64,000 nucleotides of DNA, taken from Verrucomicrobiota bacterium (GTDB lineage Bacteria > Verrucomicrobiota > Verrucomicrobiia > Opitutales > Coraliomargaritaceae). Both the position numbers and the translations under genes were made by a program. Shown here piece by piece: positions 32,621-43,160 of the stretch. Below the pieces are notes generated by a model. The model searched no databases. It saw only the letters and a program-made list of their open reading frames with translations, and was not told the DNA's origin. The stretch covers positions 192,001-256,000 of the forward strand of contig JBCBZJ010000002.1 in the NCBI GenBank assembly GCA_039815375.1, in the 5' to 3' direction. The stretch's first letter is position 1. The number at the start of each line of letters is the position of its first letter.

Positions 32621-33748
32621 ATGAATATCGCTAAGACTGACATCATGACCAAACGATTACTCGTCGTGGATGATGAGGACGGACCGCGACAATCGCTAAA
32701 TATGATCTTTAGCGACGATTACGATGTTACGATCGCGACTTCCGGAGAAGAGGCGATTCGGTTTTCATCGGAGAGTCCTTTTCATGTCGTCTTGACCGAT
32801 ATACGTATGCGCGGGCTCAGCGGTATTGATGTTTTAAGGGAGGTTAAAAAACTGGATTCCAATACTGAGGTGATTGTGCTGACGGCATATGAAACACTGG
32901 AGACAGCTCGTCAGGCTATTAGTCTGGGGGCTTCCGAGTATTTGAAGAAGCCTTTTGATATCGAGCATATCCAGAACGTTGTTGATCGCTGCTTTGAGAA
33001 CTACCTTTTCACGACACGGCAAGATGCTGTTATCAGGAAAGACGTTAATGCAGCAAAGACCAACTTCCTCGAAATCGTTAGCCATGAACTGAATACCCCG
33101 ATGAATGGCATCGTAGGTTTCATTGAATTACTACAGGAAACCAAGCTTGATACAGATCAGACCGAATATGTTGAAATGATTCATGACTGCAGCCTGAAGT
33201 ATTTTGAACACGTTCAGGATATTTTGACTTATGCGAAGATATCGATGAGTGACTGCGAGATATCACGGAGCTCATTCAATCCAGCTACGATGTTATTGAA
33301 GCAAATTTTCGAAGCCGTCCCGAGAGAGGGTGTCGAGTTAACGCATGAGATTACTGAGAGCATGCCGGAGTTTGTCATGGGTCCCGAGCAAGAAATTAGA
33401 ATTGTATTAAGAAAGCTGCTCCTTAACGCGCTCAAATTTACCGAATCGGGGACGATCAATGTGTCTCTCGACGCCGTGCCCCTGGGCGGAGGGCATCACA
33501 TTTTTACTTTTACTGTAGCTGACACTGGGCCGGGCATCGAAGAAGGCTTGATCAAGGGTGGAAAAATCTTTGATGCGTTCACACAAGGTGACTCATCGCT
33601 TAAACGAGCCCATGAAGGGCTGGGTCTTGGCCTATCCCTTTGCAAAAGCCTTAGTGATAGACTGAATGGTGAGCTTTCGGTCGAGAGTATAGAGGGGGAG
33701 GGGAGCACTTTTTGCTTCCGTTTCGAACTTTCTGAAGGTAGCTCCTGA
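32621..33748 (+). CDS. Hybrid response regulator-histidine kinase (REC - HisKA - HATPase)
   Basis: [46 protein letters not shown]. Confidence 0.92.
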   Translation: MNIAKTDIMTKRLLVVDDEDGPRQSLNMIFSDDYDVTIATSGEEAIRFSSESPFHVVLTDIRMRGLSGIDVLREVKKLDSNTEVIVLTAYETLETARQAISLGASEYLKKPFDIEHIQNVVDRCFENYLFTTRQDAVIRKDVNAAKTNFLEIVSHELNTPMNGIVGFIELLQETKLDTDQTEYVEMIHDCSLKYFEHVQDILTYAKISMSDCEISRSSFNPATMLLKQIFEAVPREGVELTHEITESMPEFVMGPEQEIRIVLRKLLLNALKFTESGTINVSLDAVPLGGGHHIFTFTVADTGPGIEEGLIKGGKIFDAFTQGDSSLKRAHEGLGLGLSLCKSLSDRLNGELSVESIEGEGSTFCFRFELSEGSS

Positions 33749-33847
33749 GGTGCTCTCACAGGCAAAATCGATTTGTCAAAAGTAGTGAAACCTCGCAACT
33801 TTCCCGGACAACCAGCAATTTGATAAAACCATATTCTCTCAAAGCCA

Positions 33848-34237
33848 ATGCAAGTAACGCTTCTTAAGTCCAAGCTCCTTCGTGCCGAAGTTACCGATCG
33901 TGCCCTTCATTACGAGGGGAGTCTAGCGATTGATGCATCACTAATGGAACAGGTCGGGATGCGGCCGTTTGAGAAGATACTTGTTGCCAATATTGCCAAT
34001 GGGGAGCGCTTTGAGACTTATGCAATCGAGGCGCCTAAAGGTTCGCATACGATTTCGCTGAATGGGGCTGCAGCTCACAAGGGCGAGCTGGGCGACCTCT
34101 TGGTCATCATTTCATTTGCGCTGTTTACTGCCGAAGAAGCTGAAACCTGGAAGCCAAGCGTGATGGTTTTGGCCGATGGCAATCAGCGCGTGGTTCGTGT
34201 TGATAACCCCAAGGTTAAGGAAAACGTTTACGTTTAA
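33848..34237 (+). CDS. panD: Aspartate 1-decarboxylase
   Basis: [13 protein letters not shown] self-cleavage site, [16 protein letters not shown]. Confidence 0.95.
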   Translation: MQVTLLKSKLLRAEVTDRALHYEGSLAIDASLMEQVGMRPFEKILVANIANGERFETYAIEAPKGSHTISLNGAAAHKGELGDLLVIISFALFTAEEAETWKPSVMVLADGNQRVVRVDNPKVKENVYV

Positions 34238-34448
34238 ATCCTGCGAGGGTGGGTTAGTTTTATCCGAGGTAAGCTTGGGTAGTCAAATTTAGGCATCGCC
34301 TCCATGCTGTGTGTTTAGTTTCTGCGTTTAAACTGTGTCGTATATGTTCTAGATAAGATAAAGAAAACTTATGACAGAGTATTTATTTATTAGAAATAAG
34401 AATGAGAATATCGTTGACGCTCGAGGTCGTTACTTCTACGACAGCTCA

Positions 34449-34576
34449 GTTGATTCTTCGGTAAGTCCCGTGTGATTCGGGCGCTGTCGCGCAACTGTAG
34501 TCAGCTTTCGGGCTGCGAGCCAGAAAACGAATTTCAGCAACAACAATTCAATCTCCTGCGCGTTATCATGGAGAGG
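34449..34576 (+). promoter_or_regulatory. Cobalamin riboswitch, short form without P6 extension
   Basis: GTAAGTCCCGTGTGATTCGGGCGCTGTCGCGCAACTGTA...GAGCCAGA core. L5 CGCGCA (34488-34493) is complementary to TGCGCG (34557-34562) in the loop of a downstream CTCC/GGAG hairpin. Upstream of the CobN-like gene. Confidence 0.85.
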
Positions 34577-34639
34577 CACACATGGAAATGCTCCTTGTTT
34601 TTGCTTTTTTGTGGCGACGCAACAACCGCATAAAGCAAA

Positions 34640-37600
34640 GTGAACCTGAAATCTTTATCCGTTTGGCTAATCTATTTCGCTAGCCTTACCATTCTCTCAC
34701 CATCGCTCAGCCACGCTGCGCATCTGGTTGGTTTTGTCTCGGACCGTTCGGCTCCAGAGCTTTTAGGCGGGGCGCACCAGTTCTTGGACAACTATCCAGA
34801 GCACCGCATTACGCTTCGCAGCACCCACCAGTTGGCTGAGTTGACTGATTCTGAACTGAAGCAGTTGTTGGGTGATGCGGATGTTTTCCTCATGGTTGGA
34901 ATTTTTGGCGAAGAGGTCGTTCGCCTTGAGTCTTTTTTGCAGAAGAACGAATTGGGCAAAGCATGTCATGTGATTGCGCTCAATGGCGACCGTCGACTGA
35001 CTCGATTGGCGCGCGTTGAAGGTAAGCGGATTCTTGAAGATCTCAGTGTTGAAGAGCTTCAGGAAATCCATACTAACGCAGACTCAAGCACAGACGCGGC
35101 CACGCTGCTCAAGCAGAAACTCAAGGAGTTTCCGGAACAGGCGCACTGGATCGAGGCGCGCGCCTACTGGCAATCGAAGGGGACGGATAATGTGGCAGAA
35201 ATGTTTGCTTATCTCCTGAAGCACCGGGCCACAGGTTTAACGCCCAAGCCATTAAGACCGCAGGCGGCAATCCGCTATTTTCAAAAAGGAAATGCTATAT
35301 CCGCCGCCGACCTTGACCTGAAAGCGGGCGAATCGGTCATCGCTATTCTCGACCTTAATTCAGGTGACAGTGCGGGTAAACGGGAGACGCTCATCGATAT
35401 CGAGCAGCAGCTTGCGACACATGGAGTCAACTCTTTCAGCGTGCTTGCCCGCTGGGGCAACTCCAGTGTGGAAGCATTAAAGAAATTGGAAGCAACGGCA
35501 GCTCCAGCTCGTATCGCTGGAATCATCGCTTTGCAGGACTTTGTGATCGGCGGTGGGTCAGGACGTGAATCCAGCGTTGAGGCTTTTAAGGCACTCAATG
35601 TTCCGGTCTATAAAGCCATAAGGATGACAGAGACGACGGAAGCGCAATGGCGGCTTTCCGAGGCCGGCCTTCCCTGGGAAACAATCCACTATCGCATTGC
35701 GATGCCTGAGATTCAGGGAATCAGCCAGCCAACAGTGGTGGCGGCGACGTCTAGCCCGAGCATCGACTCGATCACGGGCCTGCGCTTGGTGACGACGCTA
35801 TCGATTGACTCCCAAATCGAATCCCTCGCTGAGCGTGTTCGTAATTGGAATCGGCTGAAGCACAAAGCGAATAAGGATAAGAAGATTGCTTTGATTTATT
35901 ACAACCATCCCCCCGGCCGCCACAACATAGGCGCGGACAATCTCGACGTGCCCGCATCCATCTGGGAGTTACTGCACGACTTAAAGGCCGCTGGCTACGA
36001 GACCGGAGAGCTTCCGGAGTCGCCCGAAGAATTGTTGGATATGCTCCAGGAGAAGGGCGTCAACATGCCGGAAAACTATGAGCAGCTGGCTGCTTATGCG
36101 AAGCGCGTGACTACGGTTCGCGGAGAGCAATATCAGGCATGGTTCTCCGAATTGCCTGAGGTGATTCAACAGGAGATGCAATTCGGCGCTCTCGGCTATT
36201 TAGATGGAGTCATTCGACAGGCAGTAGAATCAAGGGAGATTTCGATCGGACAAAAACATCTGCACGCGGTGATTCACGATCTGGAGCATTTTGTTGAAGT
36301 GGTCGATCATCCGGCACGGGAGCGTGCGCTTGCTCTGATCGAACAGCTCGAGGAGCTCTATCATGAAACGCTGGAAGGAAACCCTCGATGGGATGAAGCT
36401 AAGAAGCACATCAAAGCGTTGGCCGGAATTGGTATCGAAGGCTTGCGCGGATGGGGCGAGGCACCGGGTAAGGTAATGGTGTATGACGGGGAGCTCGTTC
36501 TCCCAGGGTTGCGCTTTGGCAATATCTTCGTTGGGCCGCAGCCGCCGCGCGGTTGGGAAGTCGACGAGGAGATCCTACATGCCAATATGGCCGTTCCGCC
36601 GCCCCACCAATATCTGGCGCTGTATCTCTGGTTGAAGCGTGAGTTCGAGGCGGATGCACTGGTGCACTTGGGGCGTCACTCGACCTACGAGTTTTTGCCA
36701 CGGCATCGAACTGGCCTTTCCGAGGTGGACTACCCTTCGATCATCGCCGGCAATCTTCCGGGGGTGTATCCTTACATCGTCGATGGTGTGGGAGAGGGGA
36801 TCCAAGCCAAACGGCGTGGACTGGCTGTTATGGTCGATCACTTAACTCCACCGCTTCAGACCACACCACTCTATGACGAGCTGCTGCAACTCAGGCAACT
36901 GGTCGAGAGCTACGAAGCCAATGAGCAGGCCGGTAATGCGCCGACTCAGTTACGCACTGGAAAGGCGATCCGCGAAAAAGTCGAGGTGCTGAACATGCAG
37001 GACGAGCTGATTAACGAGCTTAAGAAAGAACACCATCTTGACGATCTGACCTTTGCGAATGTCGACGATGACTTACTGATCCATGAGATCGGGCACCATT
37101 TGACTGAGATGCAGGAGCGCTTCATGCCGCTAGGCTTGCATATTTTCGGGCGTGATTGGAGTCAGGAGGCTATCGAGACCATGCTCAACTCCATCAATCC
37201 GAAAGGGGTGCCGGAAAGCACTCGCGAGGCTTTGACGGTATCGCCATCCCACGAAAAACGCGCCTTCCTAAATGCTTTGGATGCGGGCTACGTCCTTCCA
37301 GGTAAGGGCAACGACCCGGTTCGCACGCCTGAGGCGATGCCAACAGGCCGGAACTTCCATGCACTGGACAGCGGGTTGCTTCCCACGAAGATAGCCTGGG
37401 ATATTGCAGTTCAATTGAACGAGCAGGAGAAGGCAAAAGGTAATGATCCCAACGAAAGTGCTGCGATTGTGCTCTGGGCATCGGATGTCGTGCGCGACGA
37501 AGGCGTGATGATTGCCTTGGGCATGGAGATGTTGGGCATTCAACCACAGTGGAATAGCCGCGGCATAGTTAAGGGTCTCGAGCGCCTTCCGCTGGACCCG

Positions 37601-38971
37601 GACTCTCGACCTTACCGGCTCGATACGGTCTTCACAATTTCCGGTCTGTTTCGCGATCTTTACGGGCAACAAGTTGTCTGGCTCGACACCGCGGTTCTGA
37701 TGGCATTGGACGGCTCTAGTAAGACGATCGCTGAAAAACACCCCGGCTTGAAAGCGGCACTGGAGGCAGCGCTTGAGCCGCTCGGCGAGGCCCGAGAGCC
37801 CGGCAGCGAATCGCTGGAGCACAACATTGTCGCGGCGCACTGGGCTCAATCCACGCTTGAACAGATTGAAGGTGACACCCCTCCAGGTATGGCTGGAACT
37901 CAAGCGATCCTCCGTTTGTTTGGTGCCCCTCCCGGTGGTTACGGCGCAGGCGTCAATCGTATTGTCGAGCGCTCGGGAGCGTGGGAAACACGTGCTGAAG
38001 TTGCGGAGGTGTATTTGCGCGGAATGGGGCACACTTATGGTATCGAAAAAGAAGGTGCGCCTGCCCACAGCAGCTTTGAGCGACAGTTGGCAAAGGTTGG
38101 TCAGACCTATTTGGGGCGAGCCAGCAACCTCTACGGCCTGATGGATAACAATGATGCATTTGACTACCTCGGTGGCCTGAGCATGGCGATCGAGAGCATT
38201 CAGGGCGAAGCTCCGAACAACAATGTCATTCACCATAACAATGTGAACGATCTGAAGATAGAACCTCTGGAGCGTGCTTTGCTTGGCGAGCTACGTGGCC
38301 GATTCTTGAACCCCGCTTGGCTAAAGCCGCTTATGGCTCACGACTATGCAGGTGCGCGAACCATGGGCAGCGAGTTTTTAGAATACCTTTGGGGCTGGCA
38401 GGTGACGAATCCTGAGATCGTGAAAACCTGGGTTTGGGACGAGGTGCATGACGTTTACTTCAAAGATCGTCATGGTCTCGGACTCGATGAATTTCTTGAA
38501 GAGGGTAATAATGTGCACGTTAAGATCAACATGCAGGCGATTCTTCTGGTGGCTGCAGATAAAGCGTTCTGGGAGGCCGATCCTGAAACCCTGCAGCAGT
38601 TGAGTCAGGAGTTCACGGAGCTCGTCATAGAGCACGGCCTGCCTGGGAGTGGTCACACGCGCCCTGATCATCCGATCTTCAAATCAATCATGCCTCGCTT
38701 GAGCGAGGATATGCAGGCAGCACTACAGGCCGTTCTCGATAAGGCGTTGCCTCCGGAAAGCTCTGAAGAAGAGGCAGAAGTTCCGTCTACCTTGGCGGAA
38801 ATTGATACGGTCGATGCTCCTACCCGAACAGAGGCCGCTCAGCCGCAGGAACAGACGACTGAGGCGTCGATCGATCAGATGACAATTCGGGTTGCGATCG
38901 GAGTTCTTGTTGCGCTGTTCTTGTTTGGTGCTCTTCGTGGAAGGTTCCTATCTGGAATTAAGGGAAAATGA
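34640..38971 (+). CDS. CobN/magnesium-chelatase H family protein (BtuS/HmuS-like) with signal peptide and C-terminal TM anchor
   Basis: [65 protein letters not shown] and LWGWQVT motifs. Confidence 0.9.
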   Translation: MNLKSLSVWLIYFASLTILSPSLSHAAHLVGFVSDRSAPELLGGAHQFLDNYPEHRITLRSTHQLAELTDSELKQLLGDADVFLMVGIFGEEVVRLESFLQKNELGKACHVIALNGDRRLTRLARVEGKRILEDLSVEELQEIHTNADSSTDAATLLKQKLKEFPEQAHWIEARAYWQSKGTDNVAEMFAYLLKHRATGLTPKPLRPQAAIRYFQKGNAISAADLDLKAGESVIAILDLNSGDSAGKRETLIDIEQQLATHGVNSFSVLARWGNSSVEALKKLEATAAPARIAGIIALQDFVIGGGSGRESSVEAFKALNVPVYKAIRMTETTEAQWRLSEAGLPWETIHYRIAMPEIQGISQPTVVAATSSPSIDSITGLRLVTTLSIDSQIESLAERVRNWNRLKHKANKDKKIALIYYNHPPGRHNIGADNLDVPASIWELLHDLKAAGYETGELPESPEELLDMLQEKGVNMPENYEQLAAYAKRVTTVRGEQYQAWFSELPEVIQQEMQFGALGYLDGVIRQAVESREISIGQKHLHAVIHDLEHFVEVVDHPARERALALIEQLEELYHETLEGNPRWDEAKKHIKALAGIGIEGLRGWGEAPGKVMVYDGELVLPGLRFGNIFVGPQPPRGWEVDEEILHANMAVPPPHQYLALYLWLKREFEADALVHLGRHSTYEFLPRHRTGLSEVDYPSIIAGNLPGVYPYIVDGVGEGIQAKRRGLAVMVDHLTPPLQTTPLYDELLQLRQLVESYEANEQAGNAPTQLRTGKAIREKVEVLNMQDELINELKKEHHLDDLTFANVDDDLLIHEIGHHLTEMQERFMPLGLHIFGRDWSQEAIETMLNSINPKGVPESTREALTVSPSHEKRAFLNALDAGYVLPGKGNDPVRTPEAMPTGRNFHALDSGLLPTKIAWDIAVQLNEQEKAKGNDPNESAAIVLWASDVVRDEGVMIALGMEMLGIQPQWNSRGIVKGLERLPLDPDSRPYRLDTVFTISGLFRDLYGQQVVWLDTAVLMALDGSSKTIAEKHPGLKAALEAALEPLGEAREPGSESLEHNIVAAHWAQSTLEQIEGDTPPGMAGTQAILRLFGAPPGGYGAGVNRIVERSGAWETRAEVAEVYLRGMGHTYGIEKEGAPAHSSFERQLAKVGQTYLGRASNLYGLMDNNDAFDYLGGLSMAIESIQGEAPNNNVIHHNNVNDLKIEPLERALLGELRGRFLNPAWLKPLMAHDYAGARTMGSEFLEYLWGWQVTNPEIVKTWVWDEVHDVYFKDRHGLGLDEFLEEGNNVHVKINMQAILLVAADKAFWEADPETLQQLSQEFTELVIEHGLPGSGHTRPDHPIFKSIMPRLSEDMQAALQAVLDKALPPESSEEEAEVPSTLAEIDTVDAPTRTEAAQPQEQTTEASIDQMTIRVAIGVLVALFLFGALRGRFLSGIKGK

Positions 38972-39399
38972 TGTTACCGGAATTTTTACACCTTATCGTC
39001 TCGTGGCTATTGGTCCCGGTTATCAGCTGCTTGCTTATTGCGGCAGCTTTCTCGGTTTATGAGTTGGGGCTTGCGTTTGGTGAACGCTTTGGAGGTCTGA
39101 GGCAGTGGCATGAACTCAGTATCGAAAAGATTGAGAAGATGGCGCGACGCCGCATTGACCGGGCAGACCTGATTGCGCGGCTTGCACCGATGCTGGGCTT
39201 GATGGGAACACTGATCCCACTTGGGCCGGGTCTCGCCGCTCTGGGGCGTGGCGATGTAGCCGTGCTCGCATCTGCTGTGACTGTGGCATTCGATACGACA
39301 GTCATCGGGTTGTTTGCCGGAGGCATTGGCTTTCTCTTGTCCCGCCTACGGCGGCGCTGGTATGATAAAATCCTCGATGAAAAGGAGAACCGGTTGTGA
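38968..39399 (+). CDS. MotA/TolQ/ExbB proton channel family protein
   Basis: [17 protein letters not shown] and AFDTTVIGL. Confidence 0.88.
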   Translation: MMLPEFLHLIVSWLLVPVISCLLIAAAFSVYELGLAFGERFGGLRQWHELSIEKIEKMARRRIDRADLIARLAPMLGLMGTLIPLGPGLAALGRGDVAVLASAVTVAFDTTVIGLFAGGIGFLLSRLRRRWYDKILDEKENRL

Positions 39400-39692
39400 G
39401 GCGGCGTAACTGGGAAAAAAGCCGTTTTGAGACCGACGCTGTTGATCCCATGGATTCGATGGCCAACCTGGTTGATGTTATGCTGGTCTTTGCCTGTGGC
39501 CTGATTGCGGCGCTGGTCGTCAGCCAGGGAGGACTGAAGCAGAAAGAGGCTTTGCAACCTAAGGAGATCGAGAAGAAACAGGAACTCCCCGAGATGCCGC
39601 AAGGTGTCGGAGCAGGTGGCGAGGGCTACGAACCGGTGGGGCAGGTCTACAAAGACCCGACAACGGGGAAGCTCATTCTAATCAGCGAGTAG
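39396..39692 (+). CDS. DUF2149 family protein (ExbD-like partner)
   Basis: [20 protein letters not shown] and G.VYKDP.TGKLI. Confidence 0.88.
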   Translation: MRRRNWEKSRFETDAVDPMDSMANLVDVMLVFACGLIAALVVSQGGLKQKEALQPKEIEKKQELPEMPQGVGAGGEGYEPVGQVYKDPTTGKLILISE

Positions 39693-39837
39693 CCTGCGTT
39701 GCCTTCTCTTCAGCGGTTCCTTCTATTAGTTTTCAAATTTTTAATTTGTATTGACATTAATTAATCTTATCAAAAAAATTACTTATTAGCGATTAAAGCC
39801 AAGTGCTTTGCGCTGAATGTTCTTATCCAGATTCTAT

Positions 39838-40010
39838 GCGATGCAGACTCAGGAAACGCCGTGAAAACCGGCGACAGTCGCGCTACGGTAACAAGTCACA
39901 AATCCGCGTCTAGAGCTGGCAGCTCTAGACACTCTACAGTCGTGGAATAGGAAAAGGCTGCCTCTTCGAAGAGGCTACAAACTTGGAGTCCGGCCACTGA
40001 CTGCATTCGC
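39838..40010 (+). promoter_or_regulatory. Cobalamin riboswitch, long form with P6 extension
   Basis: Closing stem GCGATGCAG/CTGCATTCGC; AGGAAACGCCGTGAAAACCGGCGACAGTCGCGCTACGGTAA core; GGAAAAGGC and GAGTCCGG B12-box elements; perfect hairpins at 39908-39930 and 39960-39975; upstream of btuB. Confidence 0.85.
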
Positions 40011-40187
40011 CCGTCTCGGAAATTCCTTTTCCAACATCCTGTCGCAGAAGCAGGAGTCATGACTAGTATTCATTCACTAGGTTCATCAGTATTCAATTAG
40101 CACTGTCTAATCGCTGATCGGACCTCGAGTAGTGTTGTTTGAGTCCGTTTTGGCCTTCTTTTGCGCAGGCCGAAATCAAACAACAAC

Positions 40188-42110
40188 ATGAAAATCAATA
40201 CACGCAAAATACCGTCCATATCGAATCCGGTTTTAGCAGCTAGTGCTGTAACAATAAATGCGCTCGCCAGCTATTGGAGCCATGGATTTAGACTGGCAGG
40301 TGTCGCTGGATGCTTTGTTGCATCGAGTTTCCCCGGTCTCGCCGCAGAGAAGGTCTATGAACTTGAAGAGTTCGTTGTAACAGCAACAAAAACAGAAACG
40401 CGAATCAATGAAATTGGCTCCAGTATCACTGTTTTGAACAGCGATACCCTCGAAAGAAGAGGTTACATAAGCGTCTTTGAAGCAATAGGTTCCATTCCCG
40501 GTGTTTCCACTACTCGAAACGGGGGGCCAGGGACTTCGGAAGGTATTAACATTCGTGGTATGGATGCGAACCAGACCCTTATTCTTGTAGACGGTTTTGA
40601 GTTAAACGATAGCTCCCAGACCAGCGGGGTTTTAAACTTGGGGACGATTCCTGTTGATTTGATTGAGCGAATAGAAGTTTTACGTGGGCCTCAAAGCATG
40701 GCCTACGGATCCGATGCAATGGCGGGCGTTATCAATATCATAACGAAGCAGGGTGACGGCGATCCTCAGCACCAACTCAATCTGGAGCGTGGTAGTTTCG
40801 GAACGGGTAAGGCAAGCTTCACATCGCGTGGTAGCATTAACAAATGGGACTACTCCTTACTTGCATCTATATTCGAGACTGAAGGGTTTTCAGCGTCCTC
40901 TGAGCCAGGTCAAGAAGATGACGATGACTATGAAAATGCGGTCCTCCAAGGAAACTTGGCTTATAACTTAAACCAGAACGCACGAATCTCGACCTTCATC
41001 ACAAGGCAGAAATCAACTTTCGATTTCGACAATCCAGTGAACTCTTTTGGTCGGAGCGAGAATGCCCTATGGGGCTTGCGTGGAGATTTTGTTCTTCTGG
41101 ACGAAGCACTTACTTTAAAGCCTCAAATAAGCTTAACCGATTCCGAAAACATTAGCAGTGGTTCCTCTGTGTCGACCACAGAAGGACGTTCGATAAACGT
41201 CTTTTTAGATAGTGAGTATCGTTTGAGTGAGATGTGGACCCTGTATGGCGGAGTCGACTATCAGGAAGACGATGCCAAGGCCGACGATTATGAGAATACG
41301 AGGGATAACATCTCAGGTTTTCTTCAGGTAGGTTACGCCGCGGATGAAGTATTGTTCCTGACATTAGGCGGACGATTCGATGACAATAGTGACTTCGGCG
41401 ATAAAGCGACTTGGCGTGCGACCGCAAATTATGTCTTTGAAGAAACGAAAACCCGCATCTTCGGCACATATGGCACCGGGTTCCGAGCGCCCACATTAGC
41501 GGAGCAATTCGGAACTTTTGGCGGATTTGCTATCATCAATCCTGACCTTACGGCAGAGTTTAGCCGCGGGTTTGATTTTGGTGTAGAGCAAGAGTTTCTT
41601 TCCGGAAAGCTCGTCGGAAACGTGACCTATTTTAACAACAACGTTGATGATCAAATCGCGTTTGTCTTTGTTGCCTTCCCAGGCCAGTTCCAAAATGTCG
41701 ACGAAGTGGAAACGCAGGGGGCTGAAGTCAGCCTCTCGTATTACCCAACAGATAGTTTATTCTTCAGCGCAAATTACACTTACACCGATGCTGAAGATAA
41801 GACAACAGGTCTTCAATTAGGACGGCGCCCGGAGCACCAAGCTTATATTGAAGGTAATTGGACTCTAAAGGAAAATAAGCTTATGCTCAACATTCGGTTA
41901 TCCTACATCGGATCTCGTTTCGATAGAGCGAATGAGGTCGATGAAATGGGCGGTTACAGTGTCGTTGATTCAAAGATCAGTTACCAGCTTTCGGATTCAA
42001 TGAAGGTTTATTTACGAGTGGATAATGTATTTGATCGAGAATACGAGAATATCAGGGATTTCGCTACACCTGAGCGTAGTGCCTATCTTGGTCTTAGCTA
42101 TTCTTTCTAG
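40188..42110 (+). CDS. btuB: TonB-dependent cobalamin receptor
   Basis: TonB box EEFVVTAT, IRG..TLILVDG, IERIEVLRGP.S..YGSDAMAGVINIIT, terminal YSF; cobalamin riboswitch upstream. ATG 40188 preferred over TTG 40161. Confidence 0.88.
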   Translation: MKINTRKIPSISNPVLAASAVTINALASYWSHGFRLAGVAGCFVASSFPGLAAEKVYELEEFVVTATKTETRINEIGSSITVLNSDTLERRGYISVFEAIGSIPGVSTTRNGGPGTSEGINIRGMDANQTLILVDGFELNDSSQTSGVLNLGTIPVDLIERIEVLRGPQSMAYGSDAMAGVINIITKQGDGDPQHQLNLERGSFGTGKASFTSRGSINKWDYSLLASIFETEGFSASSEPGQEDDDDYENAVLQGNLAYNLNQNARISTFITRQKSTFDFDNPVNSFGRSENALWGLRGDFVLLDEALTLKPQISLTDSENISSGSSVSTTEGRSINVFLDSEYRLSEMWTLYGGVDYQEDDAKADDYENTRDNISGFLQVGYAADEVLFLTLGGRFDDNSDFGDKATWRATANYVFEETKTRIFGTYGTGFRAPTLAEQFGTFGGFAIINPDLTAEFSRGFDFGVEQEFLSGKLVGNVTYFNNNVDDQIAFVFVAFPGQFQNVDEVETQGAEVSLSYYPTDSLFFSANYTYTDAEDKTTGLQLGRRPEHQAYIEGNWTLKENKLMLNIRLSYIGSRFDRANEVDEMGGYSVVDSKISYQLSDSMKVYLRVDNVFDREYENIRDFATPERSAYLGLSYSF

Positions 42111-42269
42111 TAGGGCTTTGATGTTGCCACTTTTACGATTGAAAAAGGAGGGTTCCTTTCGCCGGCAGCTCTCTTTCCACTCCGATTTTCTATGTTCCAT
42201 GATTGTCAAGGTATTCAAGTGTTGGTGCTTTTGGTTCTGAGGAGATCTTTCGATTTGCACTCACTGATT

Positions 42270-43160
42270 ATGAAACATGCTGCATTGTTCTTTCTGTTCG
42301 GACTCTTGCTCTCTGCTTGCTCGCCTGATGTTCAAAAGACCATACCGAAGAACCCCCAGCGAATCGTGTCGCTTGCGCCCAGCATTACCGAATGCATCCA
42401 TGGAGCTGGGGCGACTGACCGTCTGGTTGGGGTGACGCGCTACTGTGATTATCCTGGGTCGATTAGTGGACTTCCCCGAATTGGGGGAATGACGGATACG
42501 AACTTCGAGGCGGTTTATAAGCTCAAGCCGGATTTAATCATCGTTCAGGAGGAGCACAATGCCAGCGCGGAGCGGCTCGATTCGCTCGGTATTCCCTACC
42601 TTATCATCAACACATCCACCATCCCGGATATTTTCGAAAGTCTCCGTTTACTGGGTGGTGTTTTTCAAACGGAAGCCGCCGCTGAAGCGACGATTCGCCG
42701 GTTGGAACGCCGCATGGCGGAGATCGCTGAGATCACGAAAGATGCGCCGAAGCGCAAGGTCCTTATCTCGGTCGGGCGGAACATGGGCACAGGAGGATTG
42801 AGCGACGTTTATGTTGCAGGCAGAACAACACTTTACAACGAGATGCTTGAGTTGATCGGGGCCGAGAACGTTTACTCAGGAAATTTGAAATATGCGCGAC
42901 TTTCCAGTGAAGGGATTCTGCGTTTGGAACCTGATGTAGTCATTGACCTCATTCCGGACCTTGAGAAATCGGTGAAGATGAGTGCCCGGCAGGTGCAGTC
43001 TGAATGGGACGATCTGGTTGCTATTCCGGCAGTGCAAAACGGCGAGGTCTACGTCTTTGGAGATGACTATGTCTGCGTGCCAGGACCACGTTTTATTCTG
43101 GTGCTCGATGATATCGCGCGTGTCGTTCATCCCGGGCTCTTTGCGGAGGTGGTGGAGTGA
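42270..43160 (+). CDS. btuF: Cobalamin ABC transporter substrate-binding lipoprotein
   Basis: Lipobox LSAC, PQRIVSLAPSITE, LVGVTRYCDYP, PGPR. Confidence 0.85.
   Translation: MKHAALFFLFGLLLSACSPDVQKTIPKNPQRIVSLAPSITECIHGAGATDRLVGVTRYCDYPGSISGLPRIGGMTDTNFEAVYKLKPDLIIVQEEHNASAERLDSLGIPYLIINTSTIPDIFESLRLLGGVFQTEAAAEATIRRLERRMAEIAEITKDAPKRKVLISVGRNMGTGGLSDVYVAGRTTLYNEMLELIGAENVYSGNLKYARLSSEGILRLEPDVVIDLIPDLEKSVKMSARQVQSEWDDLVAIPAVQNGEVYVFGDDYVCVPGPRFILVLDDIARVVHPGLFAEVVE

Noticed and set aside
22836..33847. Mobile element or genomic island boundaries around the signalling cluster
   Set aside because: No integrase, transposase, tRNA or flanking direct repeats were seen.
34398..34416. Fur box upstream of the CobN-like gene
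   Set aside because: Only about half the positions match the 19-bp consensus within an AT-rich stretch, so it cannot be distinguished from chance.
37268..38236. Long antisense ORF (322 aa) and the many other overlapping ORFs in the track
   Set aside because: They are shadows of well-supported genes on the other strand or frame and have no recognisable motifs.
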